Assembly: GCA_964016885.1 (NCBI GenBank) | Contig: CAXHJY010001390.1 | Coordinates: forward strand, 1 to 64,000 | Length of the DNA: 64,000 nucleotides | Direction: 5' to 3' | DNA from: Eledone cirrhosa | Lineage: Eukaryota | Shown here: positions 12,127 through 24,240 of the stretch, piece by piece | Layout: the number at the start of each line of letters is the position of its first letter | Numbering within the stretch: position 1 is the stretch's first letter | Made by a program: the position numbers and the translations under genes | The notes under the pieces: model-generated | Seen by the model: only the letters and a program-made list of their open reading frames with translations | What the model was told of the DNA's origin: nothing | The model's database searches: none

Positions 12127-14299
12127 ATAAAAGGGGTTTGATTGGTGTTATGGACTCTACCAACCAAACATTCAAGAACAAAGAGTAAAGAGCAAAAGTA
12201 GGGGACGATAAGTCTAATTTTGGTGCAGGAGGGTGGGGTGTGGTCCTTGTTTACTAGCTGCGGTCATATTCATTCCCGGGAGTCGGGTGGTTAGCTGAAC
12301 CATAGATGGAGTGGCGTCGATAGTATGGTGCAGAGGGTGCGCAGAGGCTACACAAACACAAAGGGCATACAATATATATATATATATATATATATAGCGG
12401 AGGAGAAAGTACATGAGGTAATTAGAAATGGAAAATGAGTAATAATAATCTATAATTAATAGTGTATGGGGAAGATTACACTATAATAAGGTATAAAAGT
12501 AAGAATAAGGTAAAACATAAAGGAGGATAAAAGTGGAAATAATAAAGATAAAAAAATATATAGAGAATATATAACGAAATATAAGCGAATATTTGGAGGG
12601 GAAAACACAATGTAATAAAAACGATTTTTTTCAAATAATAATAAAAATATAATAATTATGGGGGGAGAAAACGGGATAGAGAAATATGATCAAGTGTGAT
12701 TAGTTGAGAGAATATAAGATGATAATAGTTATGTCAAGTTTATACATCTTAATAATAAATAATCTGTGTATCAGAGTTGCAGAACCTTCAATTCACTTAC
12801 GGGTTCAAGCCACGTGGCATGGTCCATTGTTTATATGTGCGGTCATGCGCGTTTGTTTTTGACACCACAGCAGATGCACAAGTTCGTAAATTCCAATGCA
12901 GATAGAAATCTATTTTTGCTCACCCGGACATTGACGGAGGATCCAATATTCCTAGTTCAATATGTGTGTGGTGTTATTTTGGTCGCACAAATCAATCACT
13001 TAGTTCAATATTATGGAGTATGGTTTTCTGGTCTTCGTAACAGTGTCAGTGGTTGTATATCTGGAAATCACAAGGATCACAGTACTCCGGTTTGGTGTGA
13101 TTATCGGTCATCCAGCTATGTTTTTGGTGGTTGGATTCAATTCTATTCGCCCGAACGTTGAACTTTGGTGTCGATAGGACATTAACGAGTCAGGGTGAGA
13201 TCGCATCTGTGGTACAAAACGGTACGCAAGGAAATTCTTCGTCTTCGTTTCATCCGGGTCCAGCAGTCACGTGCAAGAACCGCTACGTAGTAATTGTGGG
13301 GTTAATCGGTCAAGTCAGCAACTGACCGAAAATTCAGACAGGCATGACAGGCACATTTAGGTCGGCAGCTTCTTTATGTGTCATATTTATATGTATTTCA
13401 ACTCAAAAAACTCAATTGATTCACCCACTGGTACTACAATCGGTCAAGACAGCAACTGGCCGACAATTCCCTTAGGAATTCAGACAGGCATGACAGGTAT
13501 ATTTAGGTCAGCAGCTTCTTTATGTGTACGTGTGTCCGATACTCACAGACACATATCCATATGTATTTCAACTCAAAAAATTCAGTTGATTCCCCTATTG
13601 ATATTATATCTGTGTTGCTCGGATGTGCATGCTGTGGTGTTCTGGTCGTGCATAGCATTCACTGTGTTTTGCCATTACCTTGGAATGTGATGTTATGGTC
13701 ATCAATAGTCCGGCAAGCGCATTTCGCTCTTATATTGCGGAGAATAGTGTTCTGGTCCTCAGTAAACATTTGGGTCAGCAGGAGGGGTGGTGGTTCTCAG
13801 TTTCAACTTCGACAATACATATGTGTTACTCTGCATATCGTGCTCCTCTCAGAGAAGAGTATTATAGGAGGAATTCGTGCCACACACCACATATAGAGAG
13901 AATTTCTACAGAAAAGTATACATGCATATACACATACATACACACATCATACACTTACACATACACACTCATACGCATACATACATATATTCACATACAT
14001 GTCACATATACACACATACACACAATATAATACGCATGCATACAATATACATATATATATATACATACAATATACATGCATACAATGCACGCACACATGC
14101 GTGCATGCATGCACACACGCACGCACACCCACACATATGTCTGCGTGTGTGTGCGTGTGAGAGAGAAAAGGAGAATACACACACACACACGCAAAAACAC
14201 CAACCTTGTAGGGGACTGTACCACCCTTAGGGTACCTATCTATCTGGGTTACGGGTTGGGGAGGGAAGGGAGGGAAGCTATAGTCTAGGTGGGGGTTGC

Positions 14300-14858
14300 G
14301 TGATATATGTTACGTCTATGTGCTAGGTTTAAAATAGAAGAAGGAACTCAGGATTTTGTGTTGGCAAGAGGAGAAAATTTCCGATTTCCTGTTAAGCAGG
14401 TTCAGTTTAGAGTGTATTATGGCATGGCATTCCAGTAAACACAGGTCACAACTTCCGCTCTGAGGTCGGTATGGCGTGGATCTAGTAAGCTTCCTCCAAA
14501 AAAGTTTGTATGGGGTACTATTATTTTTAAAAAGGAGATGTATCCCGCCAGTGAGGTGGCATTCTTATGTCTATCGTGTCTAAATGTGTACATATGCACG
14601 TTAAATCTAGTTTTAAATGTATTGGACGTTGCTCCTATATATGTTTTGGTAGAGTTGTGTGTGGTTACGTCACATGCATATACTATGTTTTTCCTGAGGC
14701 AATCCCCCCTTAGGGGATAGTTACCACTCCGCCTACAATTGCAACTGCGGGTTCGATTAGTTAGCTTACCTCCCGAAGTTTGGTTACTAGCATTATCACT
14801 AGGTGCCTCTATATCATTAGATGGCTCATTGATGCTATTATGTTGCCCATTTTCCAGT
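14300..14858 (-). pseudogene. PLE GIY-YIG endonuclease fragment
   Basis: CNCRRSGNYPLRGDCLRKNIVYACDV...TYIGATSNTFKTRFNVH; same subtype as 54538-56532. Confidence 0.85.
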
Positions 14859-15030
14859 GTACACACACACACACATACACACACCCACATACATATATAC
14901 CCACACGTACATACATCCATACATACCTACACACATATGTGTGTGTCTCACCGTTCACTCAGATATTCATGTGTATACATAAGAAGAGGGGGGGGGGTAG
15001 TGAAATGGAATTTTACCTCCGAGTGTTAAT

Positions 15031-17298
15031 TCATTTTTTCGTGTTCAGTAGTGGTTTAAATTTTTCAATGAAGAATTCTTGTTTATATCTGCGGAAATGT
15101 TCGTTATCCGACCATATCTTGAAGAAAGGGAAGATTGTGAATTTTCCCTTCCCGCATGATGCAAAGTGTGCGCTACATGTGGTATTTCTGACTGTGGGGT
15201 CTTTAATTTGTTGTTTATGTACCCGGACTCTATCATGTAATCCCGTTCCGGTTTCCCCAATGTAATACTCTTTACACTGTGGACATGTTGCGCAATATAT
15301 TAGGTTTTTCGTTTTGCAGTTCATGTTAGCATTGACCTTGAAATTATCATGGTTTTTGAAGGACAACTGTTTGCCCTCTTCGATGAGTTCACAGGTTCCA
15401 CATCTAGGGTCCCCGCATTTCGTCACTTGCATTGATTCCATGTTGGTCGTAAATTTTGCCTTGGTAATTAGTTTTTTAAGGTTGGGTGCTTGGCGTCTGC
15501 TATAAATTATCTGTGTGTTTTTTAAGAGTGCATTCATTTTGGTAGATTGCTGTAGAATCGGGAGATACTGCTTAGCAGTTTTCACAATGTTGATGTTCTC
15601 TGGCTTGTGAGTGATGACAAAAGAGATAGCAGGGTTTTCTTTTTTATGTTGTGGGTTTGGTTTTCTCAGTGTTGTTATTGGGATGTTCTTAGCCTTGGAG
15701 ATGGCTGCGTTGATGAGTTTCATCGGGTATTCTTGTTTTTTAAGGAATTTTTTCAGGTCACATAATCTTTTTTCTTGTAGTACGGGGTGTGTTGCTATAG
15801 TGCAGATGCGCCTTGCCATGTTGAAGGGGATGTTCCTTTTCGTATGTGAGGGGTGTTCTGACCGGAAATTTAAGTATTGGTGTGTGTCAGTGGGTTTGCA
15901 AAATAGGTCCGTTATGATATTTTCCCCTTCTTTAATGATGAGGATATCTAGAAAGGGCAGTTCCTTTTCGTTACATTCCATAGTGAATTGTATAGCTTCA
16001 TGAAGCCTGTTTAGGATCGAATAACATTTTTGTAGGTCTGTTTGGCTTCTGTTCCAGAAGATGAAGCAGTCATCTAGGTAACATTTCCAGTTTTTATTAA
16101 TGTAGAAGGCGAAGTCGTGACTGAATGTTATCTGTAGTTGGGAATATAATTTTGCCTCTAAGTGACCCATAACGAGCGTTGCATATGTAGGGGCCACTTT
16201 GGTACCCATGGCTGTTCCTTTTATTTGTAGATAAAGTTCGTTGTCAAAGAGGAAGTGGTTGTTTTCCAATACTAATTTAAGTCCTTCCAAGATGAATTCT
16301 TTGGGGAATTTTTCTGAAATGTGACTTGAATGTTTTGTAATCCAGAAGTCCACAGTTTCAATCCCTAGGTCGTGTGGGATGTTAGTGTACAGGCTTATTA
16401 CATCAAAACTGACTAGGATTGTATCCTGGTGTACTTTTTGGGGGATATAGTTAAGGAATTCCATATCATCTCTGATGTAGCTTGGAACTTTTTTATATAG
16501 GGGTTTGAGTATGATGTCTAATAGGTTGCTTAGACGTTGTGTGCTTGAGGCTGGGCCAGCAATAATGGGGCGTAATTTTAAGTCTGTCGGTTTTGGTGCT
16601 TCGATGTATGATGTATTTTTCCCTTTTATGTTGTTTTGGATTTCTATGGATTTGTGAATTTTTGGTAATCCATAGAAATTGCTGGTTTTCATTTCGAAGT
16701 TGGTTAGGTAATCTACTTCTTTTGGTGTTAGGTTGTTTTGGTACTTTGTTGTTAGTTTGCCTATTTGGTTCCTCGATTTCCTTTCTTCGTTTTTAGTGAT
16801 TTTCCTGTAGAAGTTTTCGTCATTCAAGTGTGCTAGAACCATATCTTTGTAGTGGTTTGTGTCCATGATGACGATTGCTCCACCTTTGTCCGCTTCTTTT
16901 ATTATTATTGAGGAATCCCTTTGTAGCTTTTTCAATGCTAGTAGTTGGTCTGTAGGGATGTTGCGTTTGTGTTTCGTCTCGGCCGTATTTGTACGTGCTG
17001 ATCGGCGAAGGCAGGTTATGTATTCCTCCAGGTATTTATCTCTATTTAGCGGGGGTGTGAAGTTCTTTTTGTTTTTCACCAGTGATTCTTCCTCGTATTG
17101 TACAACCTGGAAGAATTCTCCTAAGCGTAATTTTCGACAGTATTCTTCTGTGTCTTTTATAACATCGGCTGTATCTGCTTTCGGAGTGGGAGTGAACTTC
17201 AGTCCATTTTCTAACAGTTGTATTTCTGGTTGTGTTAATTTCTTGGCTGATATATTGATTATTTTTGGTTCGATTGGTTCTTTCTCGTCAGGTGCCAC
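15031..17298 (-). CDS. PLE reverse transcriptase + GIY-YIG endonuclease (ORF B; annotated start is GTG)
   Basis: Motifs FYGLPKIHK, LRPII, SFDVISLYTNIP, GTAMGT, YLDD, LPFLD, CGDPRCGTC, NLIYCATC..C...YIGETG. Confidence 0.93.
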   Translation of the reverse strand: MAPDEKEPIEPKIINISAKKLTQPEIQLLENGLKFTPTPKADTADVIKDTEEYCRKLRLGEFFQVVQYEEESLVKNKKNFTPPLNRDKYLEEYITCLRRSARTNTAETKHKRNIPTDQLLALKKLQRDSSIIIKEADKGGAIVIMDTNHYKDMVLAHLNDENFYRKITKNEERKSRNQIGKLTTKYQNNLTPKEVDYLTNFEMKTSNFYGLPKIHKSIEIQNNIKGKNTSYIEAPKPTDLKLRPIIAGPASSTQRLSNLLDIILKPLYKKVPSYIRDDMEFLNYIPQKVHQDTILVSFDVISLYTNIPHDLGIETVDFWITKHSSHISEKFPKEFILEGLKLVLENNHFLFDNELYLQIKGTAMGTKVAPTYATLVMGHLEAKLYSQLQITFSHDFAFYINKNWKCYLDDCFIFWNRSQTDLQKCYSILNRLHEAIQFTMECNEKELPFLDILIIKEGENIITDLFCKPTDTHQYLNFRSEHPSHTKRNIPFNMARRICTIATHPVLQEKRLCDLKKFLKKQEYPMKLINAAISKAKNIPITTLRKPNPQHKKENPAISFVITHKPENINIVKTAKQYLPILQQSTKMNALLKNTQIIYSRRQAPNLKKLITKAKFTTNMESMQVTKCGDPRCGTCELIEEGKQLSFKNHDNFKVNANMNCKTKNLIYCATCPQCKEYYIGETGTGLHDRVRVHKQQIKDPTVRNTTCSAHFASCGKGKFTIFPFFKIWSDNEHFRRYKQEFFIEKFKPLLNTKK

Positions 17299-18473
17299 TT
17301 GAAAGGTGGTGCTTTTTTCTTTTTTTCTTTCATTTGGTGCGAGGCCCCTAGTCCTAAAAAATGGGTGCCATTTGGGATAGGGGTGTTTCTGTTGTGGGGA
17401 AACCTTTGGCCCGCCGGAACTTCATGCCGGTAACTGGTTGGGCGATAGACTCTTGCGTGATCGTTGCTGTATGGGGGTCTGGTTCTTCTGTTGTTTCGTT
17501 CAGTATTCATGTGTCTTTGATTTTGTCTCCGGTAATTGTTCTTAGTGTTATGGCAGTGGTTGTATCTGGTTCTGGTGTTGAGTATTGGGTCTGTATGTAG
17601 TTGTGTGTTTGGGGTTACCCAATATCTGGTTGTTGTTGGTTTATTGTGTGTGGGTGCTTCATTTCTTGTGTTGTTGTATTTTCCTGAGTTCTGGGGTTTC
17701 CTATGGGTTTGTTTTCTGGGTTTTATTTGGTCTTTCCCATAGTTATCTTCATATTCTTGAAGCCATTGAGTTCTTGACTCCAAGATTTTCTTTGATTTTA
17801 ACTCCTCTCTAGTTGTATCTGTCTGCCATAGGTTAAGGAATATTTCACGTACATTGCCGTTGCTTCTTTTGTTTATTTCCTCTTGGATGGTGGTGTCGCA
17901 TTTTTCAAATTTCTCTTTGAATTTTGGCACTCTTAGGCGGAGTAGGGTGATTTCGGTCTCAAGTGTTTGGAGTGCTAGATATAGTCTTGTTGCAGTTTCT
18001 TCCTTTGATTCCGATGGTATTTCTTTAATTCGGAATTTTCTCGGGAGGATAACTGGTTCCTTGCTACGCCATATTTCGTATGTGTCTGCTAGGTTTTCAC
18101 TCCTCAAGGCTTTCCAGTGTGCCTGTTTCCTTTGATTTAATAGTTGGTTCCAAATGTTTTTCATTTGGTTTCTTTTTCTGTAGGCTTCTTTTTCTAGATT
18201 CAGTTCATTCCATTCTTTGAATGCATTATTGGTGATGGAGTTCTGTTCATGTGTAGCTATTTCAGGAGAAACGGTTGGTTCTTGTTTTTGTCGGTCTGTA
18301 ATTAGTGAATCAAGTTTTTCCCTATAGCTGCGTGTTTGTTGTTCCATTTCTTGTACGGCATTCGTAAGGGAATCATATTTATCTATTATTATGGTGAGCT
18401 TTTCTGATATTTCCTGTAGTAGTGTATCCGATTTGAGGGATTCAGTAGAGGATTTTGAACGTGTGTTAGCCAT
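17259..18473 (-). CDS. PLE upstream ORF A (coiled-coil-like, basic), overlapping ORF B, which is in the -1 frame
   Basis: 404-aa open ATG-initiated ORF, E/K/Q-rich in a heptad-like pattern. Ends ...GTHFLGLG; T TTT TTA at 17361-17355. Confidence 0.8.
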   Translation of the reverse strand: MANTRSKSSTESLKSDTLLQEISEKLTIIIDKYDSLTNAVQEMEQQTRSYREKLDSLITDRQKQEPTVSPEIATHEQNSITNNAFKEWNELNLEKEAYRKRNQMKNIWNQLLNQRKQAHWKALRSENLADTYEIWRSKEPVILPRKFRIKEIPSESKEETATRLYLALQTLETEITLLRLRVPKFKEKFEKCDTTIQEEINKRSNGNVREIFLNLWQTDTTREELKSKKILESRTQWLQEYEDNYGKDQIKPRKQTHRKPQNSGKYNNTRNEAPTHNKPTTTRYWVTPNTQLHTDPILNTRTRYNHCHNTKNNYRRQNQRHMNTERNNRRTRPPYSNDHARVYRPTSYRHEVPAGQRFPHNRNTPIPNGTHFLGLGASHQMKEKKKKAPPFKWHLTRKNQSNQK

Positions 18474-18774
18474 TCTGTCTTGTACAAGGGGATAGAATAT
18501 TGGAAAATGTGTAATCCTTGGTACAGTTAGGTATATTAAGACAGGGGGGAAGAAAAAATGGCTTCACTTGTGCTTTCAACAAATTTATTTTCTTCACAAA
18601 ATCCAAAAAGAATTTTTTTCCGGATTAGAAAAAAAAATTTTCTTAGAAAAATTATTTTATAAATTAAGTTGTTGGTTGTTGGTTAGGTCTTAGGAGTTCT
18701 TGGTTAACGTAGGAGGTATTGTTTCGTTTTTAGAACCTTTCACGCTGAGGTGCGCTTGTCAAACTGATGTGTAT

Positions 18775-19193
18775 TCTACTTACCGTTTCGACTCCCCCCT
18801 CCCCCACCCCAGTATCCTCTTTGACCTCACGCCCAGCTGTAGCCGGCACTACCAACGCATGAACGGGTCTACTCCACCCCCTCTCCCCTTTTCTCCTACC
18901 GGCAGGTTTAGCTACCCCTTCCCCCACCAATTTGCCATCACAGATTTACTACTAACTTGTGATATGACCAATCCTGGTGATTATCTCTTTGACCATATAT
19001 GGAATTACCCCTTGATAAGCTCGGCTATTTAAATACCAGAATAAATTTTCGTTCAGTCCAGAATTAGCCGTCGAAACGGCTTGAGCTCAGCCGTCGGGGT
19101 CTTACTTGTTCCTATTACCCACTCTACTACCCTAAGTATTGAGTACTTTGGTGCATTATGGTCCACCTGATTCCTTACCACATTTCCTTCGTT
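18775..19193 (+). mobile_element. Non-coding HHR-bearing repeat, copy 1 of 3
   Basis: Homologous to 23480-23962 and 51854-52345. All three end CATTTCCTTCGTT next to (TA)n. Confidence 0.85.
19007..19100 (+). ncRNA. Type-I hammerhead, U3-A8 core variant, extended stems II and III
   Basis: ACCCC-TTGATAA-GCTCGGCTA...TAGCCGTC-GAAA-CGGCT-TGAGCTC-AGCCG-TC-GGGGT. Confidence 0.7.
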
Positions 19194-19875
19194 ATATATA
19201 TATGTATATATATATGTAGGAGGTGAGTTTTATCGTAGTACAATAAAGCAATGCAGATATCGGATAAGAAGTATACAGCTAATATCCAAAACTTTATCAA
19301 TTAAGTATACAGCTAATATCCAAAACTTTATCAATTTAGAATCTTTTTCTCAAAGGCACATATATATATATACTTCTTTAAAAATATACCCATCTTTCTA
19401 CCTTATTTCAAAGTTATTTATTATACATTATATAATACTTGTTACTCATTCTATATCACTCCTATTTATCACTTCCCTTTCTTCTCTTTTTCTTTTAATG
19501 TCTAACCCCTAATCTGTACCTTTTCTCACTGTTGCCTAACATAGAAACAATTATTACATAATACATTCTTACTCTATATCACCTTGTAAAAATCCTTCGT
19601 AAACATAAACATTTTTTTGACGTTAGATTATTCATCCTCAATTCATTATTTTTTTCTCCCTTTCATCTAACTTATTCATGCTCATCTCACAATATATCCT
19701 TACTTTAATAATACATATCAACATTTTCTTTCCATCGCACATATTATTAAACCCTTAAATATTATTCTTAATACATATTAACATTTTCTTTTCATCGCAC
19801 ATATTATTAAACCCTTCAATATACAAACCTTAACTTTACATTATTTTTCTCTTCGTTAATTTTCAAATTCTTTTA

Positions 19876-19921
<46 letters not shown>

Positions 19922-19924
<3 letters not shown>

Positions 19925-20610
19925 CAAACATAAATTATCGAGATTCGCATTTCGGCCCACGAAATAACGAAGTGCTCAATGATTCAGATGAACCAGAGCT
20001 ATAATAAACGTTAAAGGCCAAACACACTGAGACGATGGTTAAACAATCATTCGCATACTCAAAAAAACGATCACGTAATTCGGGTATTGAAAATTTACCC
20101 GGACCCCTGGAAGGTTGGTAAAATCCAGTATTTGTGTTTCTGCGGCTCCTAAATCAAGTACCGTCCGCTTACATAAATAATGTCAGGCTTCTGGTAAGAT
20201 GATTGAACAAGGAAGCCACTTTCTCAACAGGTTTTAGTTCAATGTTAATACAAGGACTGACTATTGCTGACTCCACGTGGGGAATAAATTCAGTTGTGTA
20301 TATTTTTGCAGGAATGCAAAAACATCACAAATCGAATAGAGTTCTCAACAGAAGGGTTAAAATTAACATAAGCTATTCATCAGTCAATAGAATCAACTAA
20401 AAAAATCAAAAAAATTAACTGGTCAATAGCTAGAGTCTGGAGATAAATACAAACATAAATTATCGAGATTCGCATTTCGGCCCACGAAATAACGAAAAGC
20501 AACCTCCGAGATGTGAGGCAAGTGCTCAATGATTCAGATGAACCAGAGCTATAACAAACGTTAAAGGCCAAACACACTGAGACGATGGTTAAACAATCAT
20601 TCGCATAGCC
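19922..20610. repeat. Unit with ~140-165-bp direct terminal repeats (19922-20057 / 20447-20607), between TA tracts
   Basis: ATACAAACATAAATTATCGAGATTCGCATTTCGGCCC... occurs twice; the first copy has a ~25-bp deletion. Confidence 0.8.
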
Positions 20611-20636
20611 AAAAATACATATATATATATTTATAT

Positions 20637-21497
20637 ATATTGTTATACTTGGGGAGGGTCATATTTGTGTAATATTGCCTATAGAACCATCTGTGCAATG
20701 GAATGAGTTAGTATTCTGTGGGCACTTGCTGCTACTTAATGCTCCAGAGCACCGGCCCCATATAGAATCTATATTCTTAGTTAGCTTACCTGTGATCCCA
20801 CTACATATTTTATGTAACCATACTTTGCATTTGGGACATAAAATGGAGTTTCTACCTACTCCTTTCCTACACACTGAGCATGGCCATTTCCCAGATGGGA
20901 CCAGTGCCCTATTTTCCTTCCTACAAACTAGAACTTTAGTCTTAGACAAGTTAACTTTAAAGCCTTTTGATTCTAGGCCATGCTTCCATGTTTGGAATGT
21001 CTTCTCTAGTTCAGCCATTGATTCAGCTATGAACGTTAGATCATCTGCATATAGGAGTTCCCATGGGCAGCCGGTCTTGAACTCCTCTGTTATATCCTGA
21101 AGGGATAATAATAAATAGTAGGGGGCTAAGGACGGAGCCCTGATGAACACCAACTTTTCGCTAAACTCTTCACTATATTCGTTGTTAATTCTAACCTTGC
21201 TGACTGTTTCTTTATACATGGCTTGTATAGCTCTCACAAGCCATTCATCAACACCTAGTTTTCTAAGGGTCCACCAGATAATCGAGCGGGAAACTCTGTC
21301 AAAGGCTTTCTCCAAGTCAACAAAAGCTAAGTATAGGGGTTTACTTTTAGCTAGGTACTTCTCCTGTAGTTGTACAATGAAAAGAGCGTATGTTCTACTT
21401 TTACCTGACACAAACCCGAACTGCATTTCATCTAGATCAATTCGCTCTCTGATTAGTTGCGCTATTACTTTTTCTGTGACCTTCATGACCTGGTCTC
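20637..21497 (-). mobile_element. Internal RTE RT fragment ending in a PLE terminal sequence
   Basis: DLEKAFDRV, WELLYADDL and the PHD motif. 20637-20679 matches the PLE terminus at 10223-10266. Confidence 0.85.
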
Positions 21498-21602
<105 letters not shown>

Positions 21603-21619
21603 GTAATGTATATATATAT

Positions 21620-22762
<1,143 letters not shown>

Positions 22763-22767
<5 letters not shown>

Positions 22768-23480
22768 CTTAGAGTTTACACTCAATGGGGTCATTTACAA
22801 TCATTTCAGCTCTAAGAATCGCTTCTGAGCAGAATAAATTAATATTTGATGAACATTTACATGTTTTAGTTGCAATTGACTAATAAAATCACTAGAATGA
22901 AATATCTTAATTCAACAACATAAAGTTTGCCTGTACGATCTAAAAAATAATAAATCAATACTCACAGACTCATATGGGCAAAAAGCCTTGGTACCTAGAC
23001 ACGTTTAAAATTCAAAATACAAACTTTTTCAGCAGATCGGTCAGAACTTCAAACTTCAAACATGTTTCTCAAAGGATGGTATAATAGTGAAATAATTAAT
23101 TAATTAGTGGTGAGTTAATCAATTTTTCTGTGTTTATCAATAGGTACCCAGATAAATTAAATAACTTCACCTCAGAAAAATATCTAAGGTCTGGTTAGCG
23201 TAGCGAAAATACACGAGGTTTTGCACACGGCTTATTCCAGTCCTCTAACGTCCCACACATAGTGCTAGAAATAACAGCCGTTTATATGGGATTATAAATT
23301 CAGCTCACCTGGGGGAGCAGTAATATAGCTTAGAGTTTACACTCAATGGGGTCATTTACAATCATTTCAGCTCTAAGAATCGCTTCTGAGCAGAATAAAT
23401 TAATATTTGATGAACATTTACATGTTTTAGTTGCAATTAATTGACTAATAAAATCGCTAGAATGAAATTACTTAATTCAA
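22763..23480. repeat. Unit with ~150-bp direct repeats (22763-22915 / 23324-23480)
   Basis: TATAGCTTAGAGTTTACACTCAATGGGGTC... occurs twice; period ~560 bp. Confidence 0.85.
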
Positions 23481-23959
23481 ATTGTTTTTTTATATTTTTA
23501 TATTTTGAACATTCTTGGTATTCTTCTATATATTTACTCCATATTGATTTACTTATTGTTTCGACTTCCTCCCCCTCCCCTCCCTAGTATACTTGCTTGA
23601 CCTCCTGCCCTGCTGTAGTTGGCACTATCAACGCACGACTGGGTTTCCTCCAACCCCTCTCCCACTTTCTTCTACAGGCTGGTTCAGCAACCCCTTCCTT
23701 CCACAAATTGATATGATAGAATTATGTGTCTCAACAACAAAACTTTGACCTATCCTTGTGACAATCACTTTTACCCTCTGACAAGCTCGGCTATTCATAT
23801 ACCAGGATAAAAATTTTCATTTAGTTCAGAATTAGCCGTCGAAACGGCTTGAGCTCAGCCGTCGGGGTCCTACTCGTTCCTCTTACCCACTCTACTACCC
23901 TAAGTATTGAGTACTTTGGTGGTTATGGTCCACCTGGTTCCTTACCACATTTCCTTCGT

Positions 23960-23962
<3 letters not shown>
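23480..23962 (+). mobile_element. Non-coding HHR-bearing repeat, copy 2 (HHR 23773-23868)
   Basis: Core CTGACAA...GAAA-CGGCT-TGAGCTC-AGCCG-TC-GGGGT. Confidence 0.82.
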
Positions 23963-24016
<54 letters not shown>

Positions 24017-24017
24017 G

Positions 24018-24090
<73 letters not shown>

Positions 24091-24091
24091 G

Positions 24092-24129
<38 letters not shown>

Positions 24130-24135
24130 TATATG

Positions 24136-24166
<31 letters not shown>

Positions 24167-24189
24167 GTATATATATGTATATATATATG

Positions 24190-24239
<50 letters not shown>

Positions 24240-24240
24240 T

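Larger units (their letters stand above)
11041..18775 (-). mobile_element. Penelope-like element with direct pseudo-LTRs; 3' UTR interrupted by nested insertions (~11940-14860)
   Basis: 11043-11325 is nearly identical to 18497-18773. Both ORFs lie between these repeats. Confidence 0.72.

Noticed and set aside
12766-14030. Host exons among the 100-130-aa ORFs
   Set aside because: No recognisable domain or splice pattern; the region lies within nested repeat remnants.
23168-23220. ACCTC...GAAA...GAGGT hammerhead-like arrangement
   Set aside because: The CUGANGA box is not recognisable.
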